A DNA stretch of 64,000 nt, from NCBI GenBank assembly GCA_051362555.1, contig CM120642.1, forward strand, positions 21,700,001 to 21,764,000. The letters are read 5' to 3'. Positions within the stretch are counted from its first letter, which is position 1; every line of letters starts with the position of its first letter. Positions 25,344 to 38,832 of this stretch are shown piece by piece. This DNA is from Lingula anatina (lineage: Eukaryota > Animalia > Brachiopoda). The translations under genes and the position numbers were made by a program. The notes under the pieces are model-generated. The model did no database searches and was not told the origin of the DNA. It saw only the letters and a list, made by a program, of their open reading frames with translations.

Positions 25344-28300
25344 TTAATAATTTGACAAATTTTGTCCAATATTTGTTCAATTTGGACAAATGATGCTGAA
25401 CAATAATAAAAATCTGTGATAAGCTCATCAGTTGACTGGGTCCAATGAAAAAGAGTTTTTTTGGACAATAAATTTGACAAAACTGAAAAGACTGCCAAAT
25501 TTCATGGAATAATATAGTTAAATGTTAATAACTTTGACAAACCTTGTCCAATATTTGTGAAATTTGGGCATATGATGCTGAACAATAATAAAAATCTGTG
25601 GTTAGCTTATCAGTTGACTGTGTGTAATAGAAGTGTAATTGTCCTCTGAAAAAAAATATATACCCATTCAAGACTTCTCCTTACTACCAAATTCCAGATG
25701 CAGATTCCTCCTTACAATTGGTTTCTGGAATCAGGTTTAGCACACCATTTGACAATGTCCTAAAGCTTGCCACATACCATCTATTGTACACATGGATGAG
25801 ACAGACCATTGCTCTTGCTGTTGTCTTTTACTGCCTGTTTTTTCTACAGGAATTAGCCATGACCAGACAGGAAGAATCAGTTCATCAAAAAACCCACCAC
25901 GCTGTATGGAAAAGGTTACCTGGAAAAGGAACAATATATTTGAAAAAAGTGAAAATTAAATTTTAAAAATTGACAAATTTCACACACTAAAATAGTTAAA
26001 CATTAATTACTTTGATAAAGTTAAGTTTAACAGTTGACTGTGTCTAATAAAAAGGATATCTTTGGAACTGAAAATAACACTGAAAAGACTGCCAAAGTCC
26101 ATGACTTCAATTAGTTAAACATTAATAATTTTGACAAATCAAGTCCAATATTTGTGAAATTTGTACCAATCATGCATAACATCAATAAAAATCTGTGACA
26201 AGCAAATCAGTTGACAATGTCCAATGAAAAAGATTTTTTCAGAACATATATTTGAGAAAACTGAAAATGACATTAAAACACTGACAATGCTATGCCTAAA
26301 AATAGTTAAACGTTAATAATTTTTACAAATCTAGTCCAATATTTGTGAAATTTGGATAGAAGATGCATAACAACAATACAAATCTGTGAAAAGCTCATCA
26401 GTTGACTGTGTCACATGAAAAAGATATTTTCAGAGCATATAAATTTGAAAAAACTGAAAATTACATTGAGAAGTCTGCCAAATTCGGTGCATTAATATAG
26501 TTAAACGTTAATAATTTTGACAAATCTATTCCAATATCTGTGAAATTTGGAGAGATGATGCATAACAACAATAAAAATCTGTGAAAAGCTCATCAGTTGA
26601 CTGTGTTTCATGAAAAAGATATTTTCAGAGCATATAAATTTGAGAAAACTAAAAATTACATTGAGAAGTCTGCTGAATTTAGTGCCTAAATATAGTTAAA
26701 CGTTAATAATTTTGACAAATCTATTCCAATATCTGTGAAATTTGGAGAGATGATGCATAACAAGAACAAAAATCTGTGATAACCTCATCATTGGACTGTT
26801 TCTAGTGAAAAAGATTTTTTCAACAATATAATTTAGAAAACTGAATGTTACATTGAAAAGACTGACAAAGTCCATGACTTCAAATAGTTAAACATTAATA
26901 ATTTTGACAAATCTTGTCCAATATTTGTGAAATTTGGATATATGATGCAAAACAACAATAAAAATCTGTGAAAAGCTCATCAGTTGACTGGCTCCAACAA
27001 AAAAGATTTTTTTTTTGACAATAAATTTGAGAAAACTGAATATTACATCGAAAAGACTGCCAAAATCCATAGTATAAAATAGTTAAACGGTAATAAGTTT
27101 GACAAATCTAGTCTAATATTTGTGGAATTTGGACAAATGATGCTTAAAAATTATAAAAATCTGTGATAAGCTCATCATTTGACTGGGTCCAATGTAAAAG
27201 ATTTTTTTTGGACAATAAGTTTGAAAAAACTGAAAATAACTATGGAAAGACTGAGTAAAATAGATAAACTTTAATAAGTTTGACAAATCTAGTCCAATAT
27301 TTGTGGAATTTGGACAAATGATGCTTAACATTTATAAAAATCTGTGATAAGCTTATCAGTTGACTATGTGTGATTGAATTGTAGTTTACTGGCAATTTGT
27401 ATGAGAAGAGTGAGAATTAACGAAAACATTTTTTCAATTTCACAATATATAATTAGCCTCACATTTAACATCATATGTTATGATTTAAGTTTGTTTGTGT
27501 AAGAGGTGACAAATTACCCGTAATTGTCCTCTGTAAAACAATATATACCAATTCAAAACATCTCCTTATTATCAATACCAGATGCAGATTCCTCCCTACA
27601 ATGGGTTTCTGGAATTGGGGTTTAGCACACCATTTGACAATGTCCTAAAGCCTGCCACATACCATCTATTGTACACATGGATGACACAGACCATTGCTCT
27701 TGCTGTTGTCTTTAACTGCCTGTTTTTTCTATAGGAAATAGCCATGACCAGACAGGAAGAATCAGTTCATCTAAAAAGCCACCATGCTGTATGGAAAAGG
27801 TCACCTGGAAAAAGAACAACATATTTGAAAAAAGTGAAAATAAAAATTTAAAAAGTGTCAAATTTCCCAGACTTAAACAGTTAAACATTAATAAATTTGA
27901 TAAAGTCAAGCTTAACAGTTGACTGTGTCTAATAAAAAGGATATTTTCGGAATATATAAATTTGATAAAACTGAAAATGACATTGAAAAGACTGCAGAAT
28001 TCCATGATATAAAATAGTTAAATGTTAATAATTTTGACAAATCTAGACCAATATTTGTGAAATTTGGAAAGATGATGCATAACAACAATCAAAATCTGTG
28101 ATAAGCTTTTCTGTTGATTGGGTCCAACGAAAAAGATTATTTTTAGACAATAAATTTGAGATAGCTGAAAATAACACTGAAAAGACTGCCAAATTCAATA
28201 GTATAAAATAGTTAAACGGTAATGAGATGACAAATCTAGTCTAATATTTGTGAAATTTGGACAGATGATGCATAACAACAATAAAAATCTGTGATAAGCT

Positions 28301-31300
28301 CATCATTTGACTGGGTCCAATGTAAAAGATTTTTTTTGGACAATAAATTTGAGAAAACTGAATATTACATCGAAAAGACTGCCAAATTCCATAGTATAAA
28401 ATAGTTAAACGGTAATTAGTTTGACAAATCTAGTCTAATATTTGTGAAATTTGGACAGATGATGCACAACAACAATAAAAGTCTGTGATAAGCTCATCAT
28501 TTGACTGGGTCCAGTGAAAAAGATTTTTTTTAGATATTAAATTTCAGAAAACTGAAAATAACTATGGAAAGACTGCGTAAAATAGATAAACTTTAATAAG
28601 TTTGACAAATCTAGTCCAATATTTGTGGAATTTGGACAAATGATGCTTGAAAATTATAAAAATCTGTGATAAGCTCATCATTTGACTGGGTCCAATGTAA
28701 AAGATTTTTTTTTGGACAATAAATTTGAGAAAGCTGAAAATAACACTGAAAAGACTGCCAAATTCCATAGTATAAAATAGTTAAACGGTAATAAGTTTGA
28801 CAAATGTAGTCTAATATTTGTGAAATTTGGACAGATGATGTATAACAACAATAAAAATCTGTGATAAGCTCATCATTTGACTGGGTCCAATGTAAAAGAT
28901 GTTTTTTGGACAATAAGTTTGAAAAAACTGAAAATAACTATGGAAAGACTGAGTAAAATAGATAAACTTTAATAAGTTTGACAAATCTAGTCCAATATTT
29001 GTGGAATTTGGACAAATGATGCTTAACATTTATAAAAATCTGTGATAAGCTTATCAGTTGACTATGTGTGATTGAATTGTAGTTTACTGGCAATTTGTAT
29101 GAGAAGAGTGAGAATTAACGAAAACATTTTTTCAATTTCACAATATATAATTAGCCTCACATTTAACATCATATGTTATGATTTAAGTTTGTTTGTGTAA
29201 GAGGTGACAAATTACCCATAATTGTCCTCTGGAAAACAATATATACCCATTCAAGACTTCTCCTTACTACCAATACCAGATGCAGATTCCTCCTTACAAT
29301 GGGTTTCTGGAATTGGGGTTTAGCACACCATTTGACAATGTCCTAAAGCTTGCCACATACCATCTATTGTACACATGAATGACAGGGACCATTACTCTTG
29401 CTGTTGTCTTTCATTGCCTGTTTTTCTATAGGAAATAGCCATGACCAGGCAGGAAAAATCAGTTCATCTAAAAAGCCACCACGCTGTATGGAAAAGGTCA
29501 CCTGGAAAAAGAACAACATATTTGAAAAAAGAGCATATAAATTTGAGAAAACTGAAAATGACATTGAAAAGACTGCAGAATTCCATGATATAAAATAGTT
29601 AAACGTTAATAATTTTGACAAATCTAGACCAATATTTGTGAAATTTGGAAAGATGATGCATAACAACAATAAAAATCTGTGATAAGCTTTTCAGTTGATT
29701 GGGTCCAATGAAAAAGATTTTTTTCGGACAAAAAATCTGAGAAAAACTGAAAATAACACTGAAAAGACTGCCAAATTCCATGATATAAAATAGTTAAACG
29801 TTAAAAATTTTGACACATATAGTCCAATATTTCTGAAATTTGGACAGATGATGTATAACAACAATAAAAGTCTGTGATAAGCTCATCTTTTGACTGGGTC
29901 CTGTGAAAAAGATTTTTTTTACATATTAAATTTGAGAAAACTGAAAAATAACTATGAAAAGACTGCGTAAAATAGATAAACTTTAATAAGTTTGATAAAT
30001 CTAGTCCAATATTTGTGGAATTTGGACAAATGATGCTGAACAATTATAAAAATCTGTGATAAGCTCATCAGTTGACTATGTGTGATAGAAGTGTAGTTTA
30101 TTGGCAATTTGTATGAGAAGAGTGAGAATTACTGAAAACATTTTTTTCAATTTCACAACATATAATTAGCCTCACAATTCACATCAGATGTTATGATTTG
30201 AGTTTGTTTGTGTAAGAGGTGACAAATTACCCATAACTGTCCTCTGGAAAACAATATATACCCATTCAAGACTTCTCCTTACTACCAATACCAGATGCAG
30301 ATTCCTCCTTACAATGGGTTTCTGGAATTGGGGTTTAGCACACCATTTGACAATGTCCTAAAGCTTGCCACATACCATCTATTGTACACATGAATGACAG
30401 GGACCATTACTCTTGCTGTTGTCTTTCATTGCCTGTTTTTCTATAGGAAATAGCCATGACCAGGCAGGAAAAATCAGTTCATCTAAAAAGCCACCACGCT
30501 GTATGGAAAAGGTCACCTGGAAAAAGAACAACATATTTGAAAAAAGTGAAAATAAAATTTTAAAAAGTGACAAATTTCCTAGACTTAAACAGTTAAACAT
30601 TAATAAATTTGATAAAGTAAAGCTTAACAGTTGACTGTGTCTAATAAAAAGGATATTTTCGGAATATATAAAATTGATAAAACTGAAAATGACATTGAAA
30701 AGACTGCCAAATGCGCTGCCTTAAAATAGTTAAACGTTAATAATTTTGACAAATCTAGACCAATATTTGTGAAATTTGGAAAGATCATGCATAACAACAA
30801 TAAAAATCTGTGATAAGCTTTTCAGTTGATTGGGTCCAACAAAAAAGATTATTTTTAGACAATAAATTTGAGAAAACTGAAAATAACACTGAAAAGACTG
30901 CCAAATTCCATGGTAAAAAATAGTTAAACGTTAATAAGTTTGACAAATCTAGTCCAATATTTGTGAAATTTGGATATATGATGCAAAACAACAATGAAAA
31001 TCTGTGATAAGCTCATCAGTTGACTGGCTCCAACAAAAAAGATTTTTTTTTTGACAATAAATTTGAGAAAACTGAATATTACATCGAAAAGACTGCCAAA
31101 ACCCATAGTATAAAATAGTTAAATGGTAATAAGTTTAATAAATCTAGTCTAATATTTGTGAAATTTGGACAGATGATGCAAAACAACAATAAAAATCTGT
31201 GATAAGCTCATCATTTGACCGGGTCCAATGTAAAAGATTTTTTTTGGACAATAAATTTGAGAAAACTGAATATTACATCGAAAAGACTGCCAAAATCCAT

Positions 31301-33163
31301 AGTATAAAATAGTTAAACGTTAATAAGTTTGACAAATCTAGTCCAATATTTGTGAAATTTGGATATATGATGCAAAACAACAATGAAAATCTGTGATAAG
31401 CTCATCAGTTGACTGGCTCCAACAAAAAAGATTTTTTTTTTGACAATAAATTTGAGAAAACTGAATATTACATCGAAAAGACTGCCAAATTCCATAGTAT
31501 AAAATAGTTAAACGGTAATAAGTTTGACAAATGTAGTCTAATATTTGTGAAATTTGGACAGATGATGTATAACAACAATAAAAATCTGTGATAAGCTCAT
31601 CATTTGACTGGGTCCAATGTAAAAGATTTTTTTTGGACAATAAGTTTGAAAAAACTGAAAATAACTATGGAAAGACTGAGTAAAATAGATAAACTTTAAT
31701 AAGTTTGACAAATCTAGTCCAATATTTGTGGAATTTGGACAAATGATGCTTAACATTTATAAAAATCTGTGATAAGCTTATCAGTTGACTATGTGTGATT
31801 GAATTTTACTGGCAATTTGTATGAGAAGAGTGAGAATTAACGAAAACATTTTTTCAATATTTCACAATATATAATTAGCCTCACATTTAACATCATATGT
31901 TATGATTTAAGTTTGTTTGTGTAAGAGGTGACAAATTACCCGTAATTGTCCTCTGTAAAACAATATATACCAATTCAAAACATCTCCTTATTATCAATAC
32001 CAGATGCAGATTCCTCCCTACAATGGGTTTCTGGAATTGGGGTTTAGCACACCATTTGACAATGTCCTAAAGCCTGCCACATACCATCTATGGATGACAC
32101 GGACCATTGTTCTTGCTGTTGTCTTTCACTGCCTGTTTCTTCTATAGGAAATAGCCATGACCAGACAGGAAGAATCAGTTCATCTAAAAAGCCACCACGC
32201 TGTATGGAAAAGGTCACCTGGAAAAAGAACAACATATTTGAAAAAAGTGGAAATAAAAATTTAAAAAGTGACAAATTTCCCAGACTTAAACAGTTAAACA
32301 TTAATAAATTTGATAAAGTCAAGCTTAACAGTTGACTGGGTCCAACGAAAAAGATTTTTTCAGAGCATATAAATTTGAGAAAACTGAAAATGACATTGAA
32401 AAGACTGCAGAATTCCATGATATAAAATAGTTAAACGTTAATAATTTTGACAAATCTAGACCAATATTTGTGAAATTTGGAAAGATGATGCATAACAACA
32501 ATAAAAATCTGTGATAAGCTTTTCAGTTGATTGGGTCCAATGAAAAAGATTTTTTTCGGACAAAAAATCTGAGAAAAACTGAAAATAACACTGAAAAGAC
32601 TGCCAAATTCCATGATATAAAATAGTTAAACGTTAAAAATTTTGACACATATAGTCCAATATTTCTGAAATTTGGACAGATGATGTATAACAACAATAAA
32701 AGTCTGTGATAAGCTCATCTTTTGACTGGGTCCTGTGAAAAAGATTTTTTTTACATATTAAATTTGAGAAAACTGAAAATAACTATGAAAAGACTGCGTA
32801 AAATTGTTTAACTTTAATAAGTTTGATAAATCTAGTCCAATATTTGTGGAATTTGGACAAATGATGCTTAACAATTATACAAATCTGGTATAAGCTCATC
32901 AGTTGACTATGTGTGATAGAAGTGTAGTTTATTGGCAATTTGTATGAGAAGAGTGAGAATTACTGAAAACATTTTTTTCAATTTCACAACATATAATTAG
33001 CCTCACATTTCACATCAGATGTTATGATTTAAGTTTGTTTGTGTAAGAGGTGACAAATTACCCATAATTGTCCTCTGGAAAACAATATATACCCATTCAA
33101 GACTTCTCCTTACTACCAATACCAGATGCAGATTCCTCCTTACAATGGGTTTCTGGAATTGGG

Positions 33164-33276
33164 TAATTCTGCGGTAGGATTGTGCTTAAGTCAACATCAA
33201 TCACTTCATTAGACTCTGCAAGTAACCGTTCGTAGTAGCATTTAATTTCTTTTAAAATTAGTGTTTGGGTAGTAAT
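33164..33276 (-). pseudogene. LINE ORF2 linker fragment (between EN and RT)
   Basis: Translates ITTQTLILKEIKCYYERLLAESNEVIDVDLSTILPQNYP, matching the ITDxxxIxxExxxFYxxL pattern of L1/Tx1 ORF2. Joins satellite at a TTGGG microhomology. Confidence 0.6.
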
Positions 33277-34069
33277 TCAGGATCAGGATATTTGATTGAA
33301 ATTTGCCTGATGGCTGAAGGTGTTCTCCAAGATATCAAGCATTTCTTGAAATAAAAAGACTCAGATCTGAAAAGGGGGGGAAATTAGGAAAATTACCTAC
33401 AAAAAAAGGTAATTTCGGAAGAAAAGGGGGGGTCTAGACCCCGGGACTGGCTCCTGTATCCACTTATGGGTCGTCAGATTCTTTTTAAACTTTCCAGTTT
33501 GATGCTCAGTGTTACGGACCAAAACAGCCCGAACATAAAAAAACACAAACAACAACTAACTTAACTATGAATAAAATATATTAGAAACAATGAACATACA
33601 CTACATAAACTAACTACATGTAATACTATCATGTTGCATAAACTTTAACATTTGTTAAATACAGTTAAATTCTAACAGATTCGTAGACAGTTAAGTTTTG
33701 AAGACGCAATGTCACAGTTTTACGAGTCCTTTTCTGTTAAACGTTCCTCCTGATAGTGGGGAGTTTTGAAGACGCAATGTCACCATTTTCCATGTCCTTA
33801 TCTGTTGAACGATCCTCCTGATAGTGTGGAGTTTTGAAGACGAATGTCACCGTTTTCCATGTCCTTATCTGTTGAACGATCCTCCTGATAGTGTGGCCTC
33901 ACAAAGTAATGTTAATAAAGTACAGTTTTTGTACTGTAAAAGTGTTACACACTGTCCACACTCACGTGTTGCATCAGTTCATGTTATCCGGAATCTCGCA
34001 CTTAATAACAGTCCCGCACTTCATTTACATTATACAAGTATGCAGGCACATACGGTAATTACTCATAAA

Positions 34070-37000
34070 AACTAGAGGATCAGAGAGGCGATACCGCCTC
34101 CAAATATTGTACCACCAGCTGGAGCAAACGCATTCGTATAGACCCCCACATACACAAAATAAGGGACACGGCCACCAGTTTTGTGCTTGACAAGCTGTAA
34201 AAATGCAATCAACAAGAATTTTTTAACTATTGCAAAAAATATATATGGTACAATCAAATTTAAGTTCTTCGTAAGGTAGGTCAAGGGTCAATTTCAAGGT
34301 CACAGTAAATTGCCAGTATATGACTTCCTATTCAAGTTCAAGAGTAACTATGGACCTATCTCTGTCAAGTTTGAAGTTAAAAGAGAAAGAAATTAGCAGA
34401 GTTCAGTTCATGATAAAAAGTAGGTCAAAGGTCAATTTCAAGGTCACACTTAGATTGCCAGTATAGGACTTCCTATTCAACTTCAATAGTAACTATGGAC
34501 CTACCTCAGCCAGTTTTGGAGATAAAATGGAAGCAAAATTTGCAAAATTCAGTTCATGAGGAAAAGTAGGTCAAAGGTCAATTTCAAGGTCACATTAAGA
34601 TTGCCAGTATATGACTTTCTATTCAAGATCAATAGTAACTATGGACCTATCTCTGCCAGTTTTGGAGATAAAAGGGAAGCAAAATTTGCAAAGTTCAGTT
34701 TATGGTGAAAAGTAGGACAAAGGTCAATTTTAATGTCACATTTATAATGCCAGTATATGACTTCCTATTCAAGTTCAATAGTAACTACGGACCTATCTCA
34801 GCCAGTTTTGGAGATAAAAGGAAAGCAAAATTTGCAAAATTCAGTTCATGGTGTAAAGTAGGTCAAAGGTCAATTTTAAGGTCACATTTAGATTGCCAGT
34901 ATATGACTTCCTTTTCAAGTTCAATAGTAACTATGGACCTATCTCTGCCAGTTTTGGAGATAAAAGGGAAGCAAAATTTGCAAAGTTCAGTTCATGGTGA
35001 AAAGTAGGTCAAAGGTCAATTTCAAGGTCACATTTAGATTGCCAGTATATGACTTCCTATTCAAGTTCAATAGTAACTATGGACCTATCTCTGCCAGTTT
35101 TGGAGATAAAAGGGAAGCAAAATTTGCAAAGTTCAGTTCATGGTGAAAAGTAGGTCAAAGGTCAATTTCAAGGTCACATTTAGATTGCCAGTATATGACT
35201 TCCTATTCAAGTTCAATAGTAACTATGGACCTATCTCTGCCAGTTTTGGAGATAAAAGGGAAGACAAATTTGCAAAGTTCAGTTCATGGTGAAAAGTAGG
35301 TCAAAGGTCAATTTTAAGGTCACATTTAGATTGCCAGTATATGACTTCCTATTCAAGTTCAATAGTAACTATGGACCTATCTCTGCCAGTTTTGGAGATA
35401 AAAGAGAAGCAAATTTTGCAAAGTTCAGTTTATGGTGAAAAGTAGGTCAAAGGTCAATTTTAAGGTCACATTTAGATTGCCAGTATATGACTTCCTATTC
35501 AAGTTCAATAGTAACTACGGACCTATCTCAGCCAGTTTTGGAGATAAAAGGAAAGCAAAATTTGCAAAATTCAGTTCATGGTGTAAAGTAGGTCAAAGGT
35601 CAATTTTAAGGTCACATTTATAATGCCAGTATATGACTTCCTATTCAAGTTCAATAGTAACTACGGACCTATCTCAGCCAGGTTTGGAGATAAAAGGGAA
35701 GAAAAATTTGCAAAGTTCAGTTCATGGTGTAAAGTAGGTCAAAGGTCAATTTTAAGGTCACATTTAGATTGCCAGTATATGACTTCCTTTTCAAGTTCAA
35801 TAGTAACTATGGACCTATCTCTGCCAGTTTTGGAGATAAAAGGGAAGCAAAATTTGCAAAGTTCAGTTCATGGTGAAAAGTAGGTCAAAGGTCAATTTCA
35901 AGGTCACATTTAGATTGCCAGTATATGACTTCCTATTCAAGTTCAATAGTAACTATGGACCTATCTCTGCCAGTTTTGGAGATAAAAGGGAAGCAAAATT
36001 TGCAAAGTTCAGTTCATGGTGAAAAGTAGGTCAAAGGTCAATTTCAAGGTCACATTTAGATTGCCAGTATATGACTTCCTATTCAAGTTCAATAGTAACT
36101 ATGGACCTATCTCTGCCAGTTTTGGAGATAAAAGGGAAGACAAATTTGCAAAGTTCAGTTCATGGTGAAAAGTAGGTCAAAGGTCAATTTTAAGGTCACA
36201 TTTAGATTGCCAGTATATGACTTCCTATTCAAGTTCAATAGTAACTATGGACCTATCTCTGCCAGTTTTGGAGATAAAAGAGAAGCAAATTTTGCAAAGT
36301 TCAGTTTATGGTGAAAAGTAGGTCAAAGGTCAATTTTAAGGTCACATTTAGATTGCCAGTATATGACTTCCTATTCAAGTTCAATAGTAACTACGGACCT
36401 ATCTCAGCCAGTTTTGGAGATAAAAGGAAAGCAAAATTTGCAAAATTCAGTTCATGGTGTAAAGTAGGTCAAAGGTCAATTTTAAGGTCACACTTAGATT
36501 GCCAGTATATCACTTCCTATTCAACTTCAATAGTAACTATGGACCTATCTCTGCCAGGTTTGGAGATAAAAGGGAAGAAAAATTTGCAAAGTTCAGTTCA
36601 TGGTGAAAAGTAGGTCAAAGGTCAATTTTAAGGTCACATTTAGATTGCCAGTATATGACTTCCTATTCAAGTTCAATAGTAACTACGGACCTATCTCAGC
36701 CAGTTTTGGAGATAAAAGGAAAGCAAAATTTGCAAAATTCAGTTCATGGTGTAAAGTAGGTCAAAGGTCAATTTTAAGGTCACATTTAGATTGCCAGTAT
36801 ATGACTTCCTATTCAAGTTCAATAGTAACTATGGACCTATCTCTGCCAGTTTTGGAGATAAAAGGGAAGAAAAATTTGCAAAGTTCAGTTCATGGTGAAA
36901 AGTAGGTCAAAGGTCAATTTCAAGGTCATAGTAAGATTGCCAGTATATGACTTCCTATTCAACTTCAATAATAACTATGGACCTATCTCTGCCAGTTTTG

Positions 37001-38015
37001 GAGATATAAGGGACTAGATGTTATAATTTTGGAGTTACCATAATGTGCCTTAAATTTCATACAGAAAAAATTAATTAAAATAAAGAAAATGTCATTTTGG
37101 TCAAAATTCTTGAAGTAGGAGGTGCTCTGAAGTTTCAGAAGTTCAAATTTGATGAAATAATGTCATTTTTGAACACAAGTTGTCTGCTTTGCCAAGCCTT
37201 ATGTTTTATTTTTCCACAGTTCAAAATTTATTAACCATTACCGTACTGCACATTTTGCTTTTACCACCAATATGTACTTTTTGATACAGCGTAACTCGAA
37301 AACTGTATGGAATACAAAAAAACCGAGACCACCCCCAGTGTTGGGCTTTACATGCTCTACAAAATGCAAAAAAGAATGGGTCTCTAGCATTAATGGTTCC
37401 CGAATTAGAGACAGTTTTCAGTTTCAGTATCTTATGACCGCTACTCCCGTGAAAATGCACCGATTGACCCCAAATTCATGGAGATGAAAGATGACCTGAA
37501 GGGTAACACTTTCCAATAATATTATTGGTTAAGTCTGAGTGGTGTCTGAATAACAGGGGAAAAAAAATTTTTTTCGTAAAAAATTTCATTTTTTTGAAAA
37601 TTTTGGCCCATTTGACCTTGAAGTAGAGGTCAAAGGTCAAATCCAAGGGTATATTTGAAATCTACACATATGACTTTTGGAAAGCCGTCTATAGAAATTT
37701 TTCCCATAACTCCTTCCGTAGAGTAGATAATTAGCATTTAATTTTGCCATTTTTAGACAAGGGTGCATTGCAATGAGTACCACACCCAGACCCTAATACC
37801 GACAAAGCCCAAATTTTACGTGGAACGAGTTGAGATTATAGGTGACCTAAATCCATGAGATGGGTACGGGGGCCCTTACCGTCTAGGAGGAGAAGCGGTA
37901 ACGGTAGCCGTCCGGCAGAGCCGGCGGAGCCAGCGGAGCCAACGGAGCCGGCGGAACGATCCGGACGGGACCGAAACCATGTGTACCGCCAGCGCTAACG
38001 CTGGTGGTACAATTA
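34070..38015 (+). mobile_element. Helentron-type non-autonomous element (HINE) with expanded central array
   Basis: AACTAGAGG start, subterminal GTACCACCAGC, 146-bp core repeats, GC-rich GCGGAGCC microrepeat at ~37905-37975 and 3' hairpin GTACCGCCAGCG-CTAA-CGCTGGTGGTAC at 37983-38010. A-rich insertion site with no clear TSD. Confidence 0.8.
34274..37005. repeat. 146-bp tandem array, ~18.7 copies
   Basis: Unit AAAAGTAGGTCAAAGGTCAATTTCAAGGTCACATTTAGATTGCCAGTATATGACTTCC...GTTCAGTTCATGGTG. ORF offsets of 292, 730 and 876 are multiples of 146. Confidence 0.97.
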
Positions 38016-38089
38016 AACAACAAATTAGCTTTACTAAAATAATTATAACGTCACATCAGGTAGTTAAGATAATTTTAAGAATACAAAAA

Positions 38090-38369
38090 CAAAGGGTCAC
38101 CAGTCTAATTTTTTCTCACAGCTAACTTAAATTTCCAGAAAAACAGGCATTTTTGGCTTTTTCAAGCTTTTTCTTCAACCTTGAGTAAAATTTTGTCAAT
38201 TTGCCATAAAGTAAGGGTGGTGACCCTATGTTTTTTTCTTTTTCTTAAAGATAACCTGTGGAAAGTTTAAAAAAACTGACGACCGCTTTTTTCACAAAAT
38301 TAATTTTAATGAAAAAGGGGTAAAACAAGCGTTTTATGAGGGGTAATTACCCCTATGCATACCTCTCTA
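38090..38369. mobile_element. Orphan terminus resembling an Academ-type end
   Basis: Reverse complement reads TAGAGAGGTATGCATAGGGGTAATTACCCCCTCATAAAAC, the same layout as the TIR at 881 (TAG...AGGGG...ACCCC...AAAAC). Partner end not found. Confidence 0.35.
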
Positions 38370-38427
38370 GTGAGATAATCATTTAAAACTATTATCAAGG
38401 TTATGATTAAGGTTATAAAGTTAAGGT

Positions 38428-38832
38428 TGGCCCAATGTTGAGATCCAGTTGATATGTCAACATTGACAAAGGGTTTACAAACAAAGGTTGATTCAATGTT
38501 GAAATCCTGTTGATCTATCAACATTGAAAACTGATTGACAAAGAAAGGTAAAATCAATGTTGAGACCCTGTTGATCTATCAACATTGACAATTGGTTGAC
38601 AAGAAAAGGTTGATTCAATGTTGAAATCCTGTTGATCTATCAACATTGAAAATTGATTGACAAAGAAAGGTTAAATCAATGTTGAGACCCTCTGTTGATT
38701 TATCAACATTGACAATTGGTTGACAAGAAAAGGTTGATTCAATGTTGAGATCTTGTTGATCTATCAATATTGATGGATCAACATCATATCAACCTATCCT
38801 CAATGTTGAATCAACGTTGAGTGCCCGCTGGG
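38428..38832. mobile_element. One-ended CACTA/EnSpm-type MITE made of ~50-bp GTTGATTCAATGTTG repeats
   Basis: Ends ...TCAACGTTGAGTGCCCGCTGGG|AT, interrupting LINE ORF2. Shares the GTTGAATCAAC motif with the MITE at 8646. Left TIR missing. Confidence 0.65.

Larger units (their letters stand above)
8505..33163. repeat. Complex satellite array: ~195-bp AT-rich monomer interleaved with an exon-like cassette, interrupted by TEs at 8646, 15554 and 20986
   Basis: The monomer AAATAGTTAAACGTTAATAATTTTGACAAATCTAGTCCAATATTTGTGAAATTTGG...GATAAGCTCATCAGTTGACTG...GAAAACTGAAAAT...GAAAAGACTGCCAAATT recurs every ~194-195 bp (e.g. 20586, 20780). The same spurious ORFs recur throughout the ORF track. Confidence 0.95.
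33510..38055. mobile_element. Solo LTR (~600 bp, Gypsy-like 4-bp TSD) split by a HINE insertion
   Basis: TGTTACG at 33510 and CGTCACA ending at 38055, with TCAG on both flanks. Three ~69-bp internal repeats (TTTTGAAGACGCAATGTCAC...CCTCCTGATAGTG) at ~33695-33895. Confidence 0.65.

Noticed and set aside
34702-36905. Repeated MVKSRSKVNF ORFs
   Set aside because: Products of the 146-bp repeat, which shifts frame each unit
34274-37005. Regular repeat array as a CRISPR locus
   Set aside because: The 146-bp units are repeated in full with no unique spacers, there are no cas genes, and the context is eukaryotic
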